A DNA stretch of 64,000 nucleotides from Hydrolagus colliei. Taxonomy: Eukaryota. The stretch lies in assembly GCA_035084275.1 (NCBI GenBank), contig CM068749.1:11966001-12030000 (forward strand), read 5' to 3'. Each line of letters starts with the position of its first letter. The first letter of the stretch is position 1. A program made the translations under genes and the position numbers. The notes beneath the pieces are model-generated. The model saw nothing but the letters and a program-made list of their open reading frames with translations, had not been told where the DNA came from and ran no database searches. This document shows positions 24,001 to 36,730 of the stretch, piece after piece.

Positions 24001-25925
24001 TGGGCAGTCAGCTAGCAGACATTTACTTTCTCTAATAGTTAGTGGCATTCCTCCACAAAGAACAACGTTGATTTCCTCATCTCAGCTCTTCTTGTCTGTC
24101 AGAAAATCTATTTCGAAAAATATTGTTCTGCTTCACATTGACAAGTGAACTGAATTAAATGACACCTTGACCGGAACGACCAAATTATATTTTTAATATT
24201 ATTTAAAAGTTGGTTTTAAAAAGTTGGTTTTAAATCTTTAGGTAGTTCTACCTTTGCAACTCGAAATGCAGATACAGCAATCCTCAGACGTTGGCACATC
24301 TGCCTTTTCTTATATAAAGAAAATAATCTGTGCTTATTTTACAAATGAAGTGGTTTGCAATGCAAAATAAAGAATTGCTTCACTTCCCATCTAATCGAAC
24401 TAACAATGCCCCGCTGGCATGCTATTCTACACACACAGTTGCGCTCCATAGTTAGGCAGATCGACCTTCCACCTTATACCAATATCATCGCTGTCGGATG
24501 TCAAATGTCCAACTAGTGACTATCCTCCTGGGCAAGGGGTGGGGCCGGGGGAGGTAAGTGGAGACTCCTTAGAGTCGAATTGGCAATGAAATGTCAATAG
24601 GGCCATTCCACTGTGACCGTCTCGATAATCCAGTTTCCGAGCCAGGCAGATCCGCAGTGCAGCAAGGCACAGGCAGGCTGGCTCATCAGCAGGACATGGA
24701 AGATTAGACGAGTCACTGGGGTAAGGGACTCAACTTCCATTAACCCGGCAAGGCAAAGCTCCATCTTAGTTGGACAAGCAGTGGGAAGCTTGTCAATCGG
24801 TACTCTCAATGGCAAGCAATGCAGTTTTAGTTTGTTAGATTGCAGCAGTAACCCCAATGCATTCTCTGATGTCCCCAAGCTTTGGCTCTCGCCAAGCTAC
24901 ACCTAATATTTTCCAGAATCAGGTGAACAGGACAGGGACACAGTGCACATTCCATTCCAATGAATTCACCCACAAAAATCACAGTCAAACCACTTTACAG
25001 CATATCCTGTGAAGCACTTTGAGACTTCCCAGCGATGTGATAAGGCACCATATCAAATGCAAGGATTATTATTAAATACCTCTGGAATTTCAATGTAAAG
25101 GTGGGATGCATGGAATCCTCAGTTTGGTTTGGATCCTCTTAAGCTTGGTAATGGGTATTCACATGTGCCAGACACTTGGCTGATAAAAAAAAATAGAACT
25201 TCCATCTCTATTCCCTTATTCTCAGCCATCAAGGCAGATCTCAAATTGTTAATAGAACAGATAAATAGATTCCTCATCTACATTCTTTTCCCTTTCCCCC
25301 GATTTGTGTATCATGCACAAATGACTATAATCTGGTGCAAACGTGAGAAAAACAATGCTAGACAAAGAGAAACTGCTTCAGTTGAAGTGAACTGTTGTAA
25401 ATACATTTAAATTATATCCTGCCAACTGTCCTATGTCAGGGTATGACAAACAATACTGGAGTCTATTATAACTGAAATAATTCACTGCATTTAACAACAA
25501 AGACAATTCCCAGCCAACACGGTTTACGAGAGTAGGATCATGCCTAACAAATTTGTTGAAATCCTTTGAAGAAACAACAGGAATGGTGGGCAATGGCCAT
25601 GTCAACGTTTGTTTCAGTAGACAGCAGTATGATTTTAATCCTTAGAGCACTGCCAATGTATATTCACATCAGCACAATCTTTGTTTGGGAGCTGCCAACG
25701 TGTATTTGTGCTCATCGCTCACATTCCTGGCTTCGGCAATGAGATTTACAGGGAGAAAGCTGCCCAGGCAAACTGCAATGTTCTTGCTTTTCATCATCTA
25801 CAATACCAACTTGCCATTGTGAGACGGTGAAAACCAAATGTAAATCATTGCTCGCTCCTTCCAAAAAGGGCAACGGGAACTGGTAAAGTAAAGGTTGAAA
25901 TATAGCGGGACATTAGTAGAGTAGA

Positions 25926-26140
25926 TAATAATAATAATAATAATAATCCTTGCATTTGATATAGCGCTTTTCACATCTTATCGACATCCCAAATCGCTTC
26001 ACAGAATAAAGTGTAAAGTGAATTGACTGTATATTTGTGGGCGAATCGCGGCAGACAATTGCGCACAGCAGTGTCCCACAAACAGTCGTGGATTGAAATG
26101 ATCAATTTTATTATTGTGGATTTTTTTGGATGGATTATTG
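25926..26140 (-). mobile_element. SINE lacking its head, with an (AAT)7 tail
   Basis: Near-identical to the bodies of 14408-14747 and 44868-45240. Confidence 0.88.
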
Positions 26141-28185
26141 TCATGGTGTAATGGTACACATCAAAATAAAACAGAAAATACAGAGAATGTGAAGGGGAGA
26201 AATAGATATAAAGCAGGAAAGTTTGTTTTAAATGTTGACATTTCTGGATTTTAGGCCACTCTTAGTGGATATGGGTTAATATTAGTATTGAAGATACCAT
26301 CCTTCATATGAGACGTTAAACCAAGTCTCCTTTAATATAAGCATGGTATATCAAGGTTCAACTGCACAGTAATGCACTATCCCTTCTGTAAATTAGGACT
26401 TGCAATAAGATAGTTCTGAGATTTTTTTTCTGAGACCTACATCTTGTCTGAATTATATAAATTTTTAAACTGTATTTATTCACATCCCCTGAAGATTATA
26501 TCAGTTGGATAGAGCCTGTGATGTTACGACTACTATAGAACCATGACATAGCAATTTGTACATGATCTGTTTCAAGAAGGGTACTCAATGAACCAAATGT
26601 TCTGTATTTATCTGCTCTTAGCTTTTCAAGCATCAATCAAAATTCACTACAAATTGCTCGAGAGAGAATAGAAATTCAGAAAATATTGAAATCACAGCAA
26701 ATAAATCTTGCTACTGTACTTGAATTTTACAAGGAATTTTTCTAAAGAAAACATATCTGCAGTGGAAGGGTATATTGTACATTATTACAATCCTGATTCA
26801 AATATTTGTATCAAGCTTTTGCTGAAGACTTGCAAAATATTTAAAGTAGCTTTTCAAGATGATGCACCTTTTGTATTACTTTGAAACCAACCTATGGGCG
26901 AAAATGTCACCAGTTTTACTTTACTAATGTAGAATTTTAGAAAATCTATGGATTGTCAAATTCTTAAATCCAGTCTTTCATTTTGAAGCCATTTTTCTGT
27001 ATGATTTACAGAAAAAGGCTTTGCAGTTAAATGTAAAGTCAACAATTTGCTAAATTCTGCACTCTGAAATGCTAAATTAATAGAGTAAATCTAGACCAGT
27101 GTGAAATTTCTGGCCATTCGTCTCTTATCAAGTTGAAGGGTTATGTGAAATGTGGTAGTGCCATGGTGTACAATTCAAGGTATAATAATGATAATGAGTT
27201 TCTGAAATGGACAAGATAAACCTTGCATTGGTGACCTTACAAATTACTATGCATGTGATTAACTGTAAAAGATCACAAGAAAATGCAGAGACTCTTTCAA
27301 ACGAATATTCTGCGCGATTCAATCTTTCAGCTCCATGTTGCGCTTTAACTCTTCCAACTTAACTTTCCAATATTATACTGTGAAAAGAGAAGCAATATTT
27401 CCATTCTTCAGAAAGATTGAAGCTGATATTCAAGAAAGAAAGGACAGGATGGGTGGGGTGCAGATATCAAGAATGCATTAGGAATAAATACTAAAAGATT
27501 AAATGATTCTTATCGGTCACTCTTTCTTCAGGATGTTGATCTTATTTAATATGTTTGAGTATTGTCTGATGAATAAATTGCAAGTCAAAGGCAATTTAGT
27601 TTAGCTGTGATAAAATTGGAAGATAAGTATGTATTAGTAACCATTTATACACATTAGGAATTTACATGCATACAGAAATAATTTCTGCCATAACCTAATT
27701 GCCGTTATACCAATTTATTGAAGCTTTTGCACATGTACGGATTGAATTTCTTTCTGAAACTGTTCCACAGAATTCAACAGTTGCTGTTCGGTCTGTGCTT
27801 GACATGTTTTTAAATAGATCAATAATAGTCTCCAAAATTGTTCCTACATTTGTGGTGGCAAGGGTGCACTTGTGAAAATCAGTAGACATTGTACATTTTA
27901 CTTACATTGTACTCCTTGGCAGGAGAATAAAATACTCCAATGCGTCTATTGGCATTATTGTGAATTTGAGGGTTGAAGTTTCTGTTGCAATTCCGATAAG
28001 AGGATTGACTGATGGGGGAATATATAGGGGTTGCCAAACCTGATCCTAGGATACAGGTGAATTTGGTAGTTGTTAGGGTTAGGGTTACGTTATCAAACGT
28101 AAAGTTCAATTACTTATTTATTATTTATTAAAGATCCCATGGCACTATTTGAACAGTGTGTTGGCCAATAATCCCCAAGTTGACG

Positions 28186-28520
28186 AAAAGACAAAATACT
28201 ACAGATGCTGGGAATTAAAAACAGAAGTCACTTGGAACACTCAACAGGTCAGGCTGCATCTATGGAGAGAGGAAAGTGGGTTAATGCTTCAGGTCTGTGT
28301 CCTTTCATCAGAACTCTTTGACGAAGATTTCTTGTGGATAAAGGGATTAAGGGATATGGGGATAAGGCGGGTAGGTGGAGTTAGAATAGATCAGCCATGA
28401 TCTTATTGAATGGTGGGGCAGGCTCGAGGGGCCGAATGGCCTACTCCTGCTCCTAATTCTTATGTTCTTATATGTTCTTATGAACGGTCATTGAACTGAA
28501 ACGTGAATCCACTTTCCTCT
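28186..28520. mobile_element. Palindromic Penelope-like terminal-repeat derivative
   Basis: Left arm acaaaatactacagatgctgg...caggtcaggctgcatctatggagagaggaaagtgg is the reverse complement of the 3' end of the Penelope copy at 46537-46633. Right arm tgaaacgtgaatccactttcctct. Confidence 0.8.
28326..28482 (+). mobile_element. CR1 LINE 3' end
   Basis: agccatgatcttattgaatgg...aggctcgaggggccgaatggcctactcctgctcctaattc(ttatgttc)n, the same family as 51787-52130. Confidence 0.9.
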
Positions 28521-28655
28521 ATTTTTCAAAATCATAAGGGGATTCGATAGGTTAAACAGGGAAAACAGAAGTTTGAGTAACTCTTTTCAAAGAACCAGCA
28601 CAGACTCGATGGGATAGCGTCCTTTTGTGCTGAAAAATTCTATGATTCTATGATT
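28521..28655 (+). mobile_element. Second CR1-family 3' fragment
   Basis: ttcaaaatcataaggggattcgatagg (FKIIRGFDR) followed by an (attctatg)n tail. Confidence 0.7.
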
Positions 28656-29561
28656 CCCGTTCATGTTTATGGGACATTATTCTGCACAAATTGGCTGCAA
28701 CATTTGCCTACGAATACATTTCACAGTAACATCCTGTGAAGCACTTTGTGACTCTTGACGGTGTGAGAAGGCACTCTATCAAAATGCAAGTAACTTTATT
28801 ATTATTAATGTCTATTATTATTAATGATAATACAGGCGGATGGTATCAGCCTTTACCACAAGGGTCATCAACAGACATTAAGTCTATATCAGTCTTTGCA
28901 TAATTGCCTGAGGGAGCTTAATGCCCGCGTGTTTACATTGTCAGCTGCAAACACGAACACTTGGCAGCCTAATCTGGTTTGCAAACAGCAGTATATACAC
29001 TGAACTCTTCATGAAGTGGATTCTGTGATTTGTTGTTAGTCTCTTATAATTTGTCTTGTTTCAGAAATCAGAATGCTTTTTGCATCACTAGCATTGTAGC
29101 AGAATTCATATTAATTTTCAAAAGGGAATATCTAAATATTCAAAAAATAGGTAAACTGCAAGGGTGTGGGGAAACAGCAGGTAAATAGGGTTGAAAGGAT
29201 TGCACTTAAAAGAGCTAGCACAGACATGACAGGCTAAATGGCCTTCTTCTGCTGCAAATTTCTTTGGTTCCATCACCAAGGCTCCACACATGGCCAGACG
29301 CAGTTCTTTCTGGATTTTGCTTTCCATAAGGATGGAGAGATGGAGACTGAAATCTTTCATTCATGGGTTTTCTAACTGATCAAAGGTTCATGAAGAGAGT
29401 TAGGTTTGATTACATGAAGTCAATTAGTCTGCTGATAGATCTAGCAGTAATAGGATTTCTGTAGTCATTCACCTATCTTTGGTATTAGCTGTGGTTTGTG
29501 AACTTTCACATTGTTGCAGACATCATTGTCATGAAGGCAGTATTTTTTTTATATATAACCA

Positions 29562-29769
29562 AAACACAAAATACTGCAGATGCTGGAAATCTGAAACAAA
29601 AACAGAGAACTGGGAAAACTCAAGCAGGTCAGGCAGCATCTATGGAGAAAGGAAAGTGAGTCAATGTTTTGGGTTTGATAAAGGGTCGTGGACCCGAAAC
29701 ATTGACTCACTTTCCTTTCTCCATAGATGCTGCCTGACCTGCCAAGTTTTCCCAGCTCTCTTTTTTTTA
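29562..29769. mobile_element. Palindromic Penelope-like mini-element
   Basis: Inverted arms of about 65 bp (29607-29674 and 29691-29760) derived from Penelope termini. Flanking direct repeat ATATAACCA on both sides. Confidence 0.88.
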
Positions 29770-32700
29770 ATATAACCACTGTTCCAGAAATAAACACTTC
29801 ACTTTCTTGATCTTCCAAATGTCTACATCAACCCAGACATTCATCCATTTTCTGGATAATAATTGGAACTATTTGTGCATTTTTGTAAAACAGTGTTTAT
29901 TCTCCAGAAGACATCCCATTACTGCAATACCTATTGTACCATCTGAAGTATTAGCTGGATCGGTGAAACAAAAATTTCAAACATTTACCAATAATAATTA
30001 TTTTCATACACCACTTAGTATATGTTACCAGAAACAAGTATTTAATTGCATAATCTAAAAAATCTACAGCAACATTTCACCAATGTTTTGATCGGAAGAA
30101 AACCTGGATAAATCTTTGACATTAAACAAAGGTTATACCTAGAACACATACACTGAAGGTCAACTCCAATATTAAGCAAGGTGGATAATTTTCAAGTGTT
30201 GTTGAAAAACCTAAGCAATATCTTAACCTACTGTATTAATTTTGTTTGTGTAAAATTCTGCAACTCTGAAACAATCTAGTCATTATGGCCATTTAGTGGA
30301 TACAGAGTCTTGTATTTTACCTTTGCACTGTTTTGCTGCCACTCTCTGCGAACCTTTTCAATCTTTCTCAAGCTGACGCACAACTTTCACAGTTGACACA
30401 GTGCCAGGCATTGATTATTGTTTATTTTCCTTAATGCTCACTAAGGGTATTATGAAACTCTTAATTTTCTCATTAAGAGAAGGCTGCTTATTCTGGTATC
30501 TTGGCCAACAATCCCTCCTTCCCAAATAAAATAGGTCATTCACACCAGGGCTGTTTGTGGGACATTGATGTACGCAAGCAGTTGGTCGGAGAGGTAGGGA
30601 GGTGCCCGAGTGATTTTGTATGGGAATGTGAGAATCTTGAAATAAAAGATTGGCGGAACACAGGATGCAGTTGGAAGCATTTGGAATCACTAAAAGACTC
30701 ACAAACTGATAACAGTGGTTCCAGAGAGCTGTGGAAAAACCCGCACGTTTTGTCCTGTGAAATAAATAATTATTTCCACACTTGAATGCACCATGGAGAA
30801 GAGTAATATGCTTTGAAGGCAGCCTGTATTTCTTTTAAATTTAGGGGCATGCCCTCCAGTCATAATGTCAGTGATCATTTAACTAGACATAGTCACTCAC
30901 AATAAATAATACTACAGTATTATGAAAGAATGCTTGATGAGTGGATGTGATAGAGCTGTTTCAAGTGAGATAAGTGGGTTTTGCATTTCAGAAATGTAGA
31001 TGAGGATTGGAACTAATAATTAATTGGATCAATCGTCATCACACATATTGTTAAGTGGGAAAATAAAATAATTTGTTCAGTCCCCACAATCAAAAGAATA
31101 CATTGATTCACTAGGAGAAATCATTATACGAGATGACTTTAGTCTGGAATCCTCTCCTAGATATTTATTTTATTTGGAGCAACATTTCATCAGTTCACTT
31201 TCTTTTCTCATTCCTCCACAGCAATTTTCTCCCTCCTCTTCCTCTCATAAATACTTTGGCTCCACTAATGCTGATTGTCCTCCATCCTTCAAATATGGGC
31301 CGATGTAATAAGTGCCAGTAAACGCAAGGCAGCTTCAGTTTGGAAACTGATCCTCACATTACCCAACGTTCCCTTCTAGAATGGGGGTGGGGGAACATTA
31401 AATAACAATTAGGAACAGGAAGCCTGCCTGATTTAGTTTGCTAAGCTGATCCCAAAGGCCATCAATGTCAATTTTGTGCCTTATTGCTGTTGTTCATTTG
31501 ATTGTCTAATTCAGCATAGATTGTGGATTGAACCCACTCTTTTTCAGTCTGCATGTGGAATTGTGAGTCCATTTGCTGCTGGGGTGAGTTAATTGAAGAA
31601 AACATGAGAATGCCAGGAGGACACCTTCACATATTACTTTTGCATCTCTAACTCTCTCTAAACAGTACTCTGAAGTTTACAGGCGTACAAACACATAATT
31701 CATGCTGTTGAAGAAACAGTTGCTGAAGACACATGTAAATTGTCTATTGTACTCCAGTAAAATATCTCCAAATGGTTCTGTGCCCATAACAATAACCACG
31801 ATTGCTAATTTTGTGAGATGCGATTTCTTGTTACTCTTGCCTCAGTTGTGTACTATTATGCCACTCAGTGCTGCGTACAAAATAAAAAATGTGAATCGAT
31901 TGTTGCAGTTCTGTAATATGCATGGATTTGCTTATAATATATATGGTTGGGAATTTATGTGTATTGCTTGAGAAAGATATCAGAAATGAGGAATACAAGT
32001 TGGATAATTATTAAAATTCCAGACGTAATCTTAGTGAGAGAGCAGGCCAAAGGAAATTTGAGTTATTTAGAGAGAGATGGAAAATTGTATTGGGAGACTT
32101 CAAATAAAATACTGTGGAATATTTTATGCTACATAATATAAATATATATTTGAGGTGGCAGAGCTTAAAATAGAACTGGGAATAACATATTTTCATAGAA
32201 AAGAGTGTATGTTTTTTTTCATTCTGACAATAGAATGGAAAGGCTGAAGTTTTATAGCCATTTAAATGCTGTACCATAATGCAAAACTGTTTTAATTAAT
32301 TAATTTTTAAAAATATCCTGATTCTGTTTGGAAATAAAAATATTTACTTGTTAGACACAAAAATAACATTTGTTTATTGGTAAATGTTTTGATCTTTGTG
32401 AATGTGGCAAAGGTCACTTTATTTTCTCCCAAGTAATAGCTTTTGTGTGTAGATTTGTTTTAATGCCCAACCAAGGAGCCAAAGTGTTAAGAATGAACTC
32501 TCATTCATCTTAGTCTACCATGTCAAGCTTTGTGGCCTAATATTCCCAAGCCTTCCTCTGGTTAATGCAAGATGAAAAATCAGCTATCTAATTGCTTTCT
32601 CTTATTGCTTCTATCATCACCAATAAAAGTATCACTAAATTACTGTATAAGCTTAGATTTCCAGGATATTTTTTCGGAGGTGAGGGAAAGTAAAATATTA

Positions 32701-32884
32701 ATCTTGAGCATATTGCGTCTTCTGTGAAAAGAAAAAGCCCTTGGATTTGTCTGTAATTTAAATTCTATGATGAATATAATGCTTGTACCATTTAGAAGCA
32801 ATGCTATTGTTTGCTACAGAAATACTCAGAAACCCCCCCTATTGGTTTCATAGCTTCTTTTAACTCATAGATTTGTTGTTTTCA

Positions 32885-33178
<294 letters not shown>

Positions 33179-36100
33179 TCAGTAGAATTGTGAATGTGAA
33201 ATTGGTATTTGCCTCCGGACTTTTCCTTGCTTGTCAAGATATATTGACTTTAGTGAAGGTAATTACCAAATGCAAGGGTGACCTCAACTGAATTGGAACT
33301 GCGCTAAGGCACTTTAATGAGTAGTTATTCTATGGTATTGCATTGTTTCGGTACTTTATCCTGTTAATGTTCTTTACAATGAAGCCTCCTATGATATTTT
33401 TAAGTATACTTCAGTTAGATATAGAATTTCTAAATATATTTTCAAAAATGTTAGTGTATCTAACTTTCCCCTCATTGGAGTATCCCTCTGCTTTAGTCCC
33501 CAGCCTCCTTGTGTTGGGTTCCAGATTGATGGGGGCTGGCTCAAACATATTCCCTTCCATGGCTATTGTTCATGTTTGAGTCTTAGCAGTGAATGTGATT
33601 GTGGAGAGGATCACAGCCAAGCCTCCCTGATCTTCATTTGGTTGTCACACATGAGCATTAGAGGGTGTTGAATTTAAAGTTGTTTAACCACAGACCGTTT
33701 ACACAGACATTTGTAACTTGATTTTTTTTGAATGCATTTTAGCTCCAGATTGATTTTGAGGCTGAAAGTCCCACAGCTACTGTCAAATTGGAAAAAAAAA
33801 AGTTGTAGGTTCAAACCCCAGTACTTGCAGCTTTTGCTGACTTTCAGCTGAGACGAAAGTTGGAGAATTAAAATTTGCCAAGGTTCCTTCTGATTTTTAG
33901 ATGCCGTGTCTTATTTTTCCTTTATAACAAAATCCAGAAGTAATGCTGATTGTATCACAGGCCCACCTCATTTGAAGTGCCATCGTGACAAATGAAGTAA
34001 TAAGGAACATAAATGGCAAAATATAGTTTGAGATGATTCCATAAACAGAAGTACAGCATTAGAGGGATTGTTAACATAAAGATGAAGTTCAGTGCACACC
34101 TGCGGAGTTTTTACTTGGGACAGCAGATTTCTTTCCTTGGGACACATTTCCATCTACATCAAGAGTTATTGACTTTTTCTTATGTTTGACATCCCATAGG
34201 GTGGGATCAAATCACTAAATAATACCTAAGCAAAAGCCTCATGAAAGCACTAAAAATGTACGTGATTATATAATCACGAAATGGAAAAGAAAAGCACTAC
34301 CAGAGACATCTGAACAATCTGAGTTCACAAAGAATTGAACAAAGTGTGCTGAAACCATTAATATTGCATGTATGTAGCATTACTTAAAAATAAAATTTAT
34401 GCTGAATAAATTGGTTTCATGATGAATAATAAATATAGAGAAACATAACCAAGAAACAAGATTGTTTCTGTACAATAATTTTTTTTTGACCCAACAGCAT
34501 TATATATAATCTGCTCCATTGTAACCTGGATAGAAACAAGATAATTGGGGGAATAAAGGAGCAAAATTCTTAATAACGCAGAATGAAATAGTAAATGAAA
34601 CTAAAAAAGTTAACAAACAAAATTGAAATGCTGCAGAAGATCTATTTCAGAAAGAACGAGGCATTTCCTCAATTATAGGGAAATAGTTTCAGTGAAATCA
34701 GTCAAATTAAACACCGGATTTAACATGCAATGTGGATATAAAACACCACTGTACTAATGTCAATCAAGGTGCAAATTAGGATTCCTGAGATTGAGCAGGT
34801 GGGTTGATAATTTAGCAATTCTGTCTGCTACGGTAACTTTGTCAGGAAAAAGCAAGCCTGAAGCCTTTTTATGCGTGATTTGGCAACTCTATTGCATGCA
34901 ATCCAAAATAAATTTAATTGTGCACTGAGGTAGATCTTTTCTTGCGACAAAATAGCATAATAAAAACAACAGGTCCTATACAACTTGGCAGCCATGGATG
35001 TTCACTGCAAATTGCCAGTAGCCACCAAATATATTTGCAACATGTGACTCACCTGAGAGGAAACTTACATATTTAGATTTCTTATTTGCAGCCATCAGGG
35101 GAAATTAGGGAAATGGATGTTGACAGATTTGTTACCTGTGCACCAGTGGTGAACCTGCTTCCAGCTACTAAGAGGAAAGTTTAGTCCAGTAACTGGCGAA
35201 GACAAATTTCAAGCTAGCTGGAAACAATGTTCTTTTCTCCTCTAGCTATTTCATTCATTTATTTCTCTCACTATTTCAGGAGAAATATATTAAGACTATA
35301 TTAAAACCAAAAGCATGGTGACAAATCAACAAGTGACATTGATCAGCTGTGTAAGGTGTAAATATATGGAAACTCGACAGATTTTTCAAATCAAAATATT
35401 TTGCACAGTTCATGTTTTAATCATCCAAAAGAATCTTCATAATTTATATGTAAATAAAATTGACCTCAAAAAGATTCAAAACAAATAAGACTGAAATCCA
35501 CCGAACCTCTCAGGATAATATCACAGCTTTGTATTTAACATTGCTTATGTCTTTATATGCTCCCTGATACTCTTTCTGGAACTAGTTTTGATTCTAACTG
35601 CAGAATGAAATCAATTCCAAAGCTGGTCGCTTTACACTGGCCCATTATGCAATTCTACACACAATAAATTGTCAGACCATCTGGTTGTTCGGGCGAAAAA
35701 ATGAGTCTCCCTTTGGTCATGGCGGAATAAAATAAGTTGAGAAACAAAGATAAAGTTCACTTTCACAGGAGGAGAACCCAAGTCAAGCCAGAACATCTCT
35801 ATACTTTCCTCTATACTTCCTAATTGAAGGGACAAACAGTCAGAGATCTTTGGGGTCAGGTTGCAGGTGTAAGTGGCTTCTCAAATGGGGAATAATTCTC
35901 TGGGAAATGTTTAAATAAACTTGACATAGAAGAGCATCCAGATAGAGGCCAGAAACGAATGGCTCAGAGGAAAGTGAAGAAACTAAACCTAAAGGTCAGT
36001 TTTGGAGCTTTTATTCAATTTCTTCAAAAGACCTGGCCAAGATGGTACATTGTCACACAGACAGGAAAAAAATATATACAACCAAGCAATATATTGCCTT

Positions 36101-36383
36101 TCACTGCACTTTTAAAGCAAATGCATAACCTTTAATTGCTCACACATCACAAAGTCACTTGGCTTTGAAAAAGCCTCAGCATCTATTTTTAAATCATTTC
36201 CCAAACGTTTTGTTGTACAAACAATCTACTGTCAGCATTAATATCAGTGTTACTCAAGTGATGAAACATTCCAAATGGGTTCCAAAATATTATCTTTCAT
36301 GTATACATATGAAAGTAGTTATGAAACAGTATTCAGATTTAAAATTCTAACATTGAGATCTAATTTGGAAGATAATAAGAATA

Positions 36384-36730
36384 ATCCTTATCAATTCGAT
36401 ATAGCGCTTTTCACGTCTTCTAGACGGGCAGTATATTGCTTTGGTAGTATTTTTTTTTCCCCTCCTCATCAAACCCATGCCTTTCACATGCAAGGCGAGT
36501 GCTCCAACCACTGAGCTGCATGACTTGACAATATTAGACACTATCGCAGTATACAGATGGATTTTTATCGCAATGTCCTGGCCTAGAATTCCTGAGATAA
36601 AACTGATCATTTATTTAATGTTTGTTCATGAGACACTGCTGTGCAAAACTGGTGACCATGTTTACCTACAATGTACAATCTCTACACTACTCGACATGAA
36701 ATATAAAATGCAAGGGCTATTTTATTACTT
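36384..36730. mobile_element. Internally deleted SINE on minus (about 36384-36520) plus a degraded SINE tail on plus
   Basis: Tail gatatagcgcttttcacgtc, head remnant caaggcgagtgctccaaccactgagct, and gagacactgctgtgcaaaactgg near 36630. Confidence 0.65.

Larger units (their letters stand above)
28127..28810 (+). mobile_element. Deu-domain SINE interrupted by a Penelope-terminus palindrome and CR1 fragments
   Basis: 5' part aaagatcccatggcactatttt...tggccaata at 28130-28172. 3' part atgtttatgggacatt...tgcacaaattggctgc...aatgcaag(att)n at 28660-28810. Confidence 0.7.

Noticed and set aside
28072-28088. TTAGGG telomeric-like repeat
   Set aside because: Only about 2.5 units, too short to call an interstitial telomere.
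30321-30372. Possible exon ending AAG|gtaaaa with an LRKIEK-like peptide
   Set aside because: 52 nt long, poor pyrimidine tract, and a stop codon in the KCNT2 frame.
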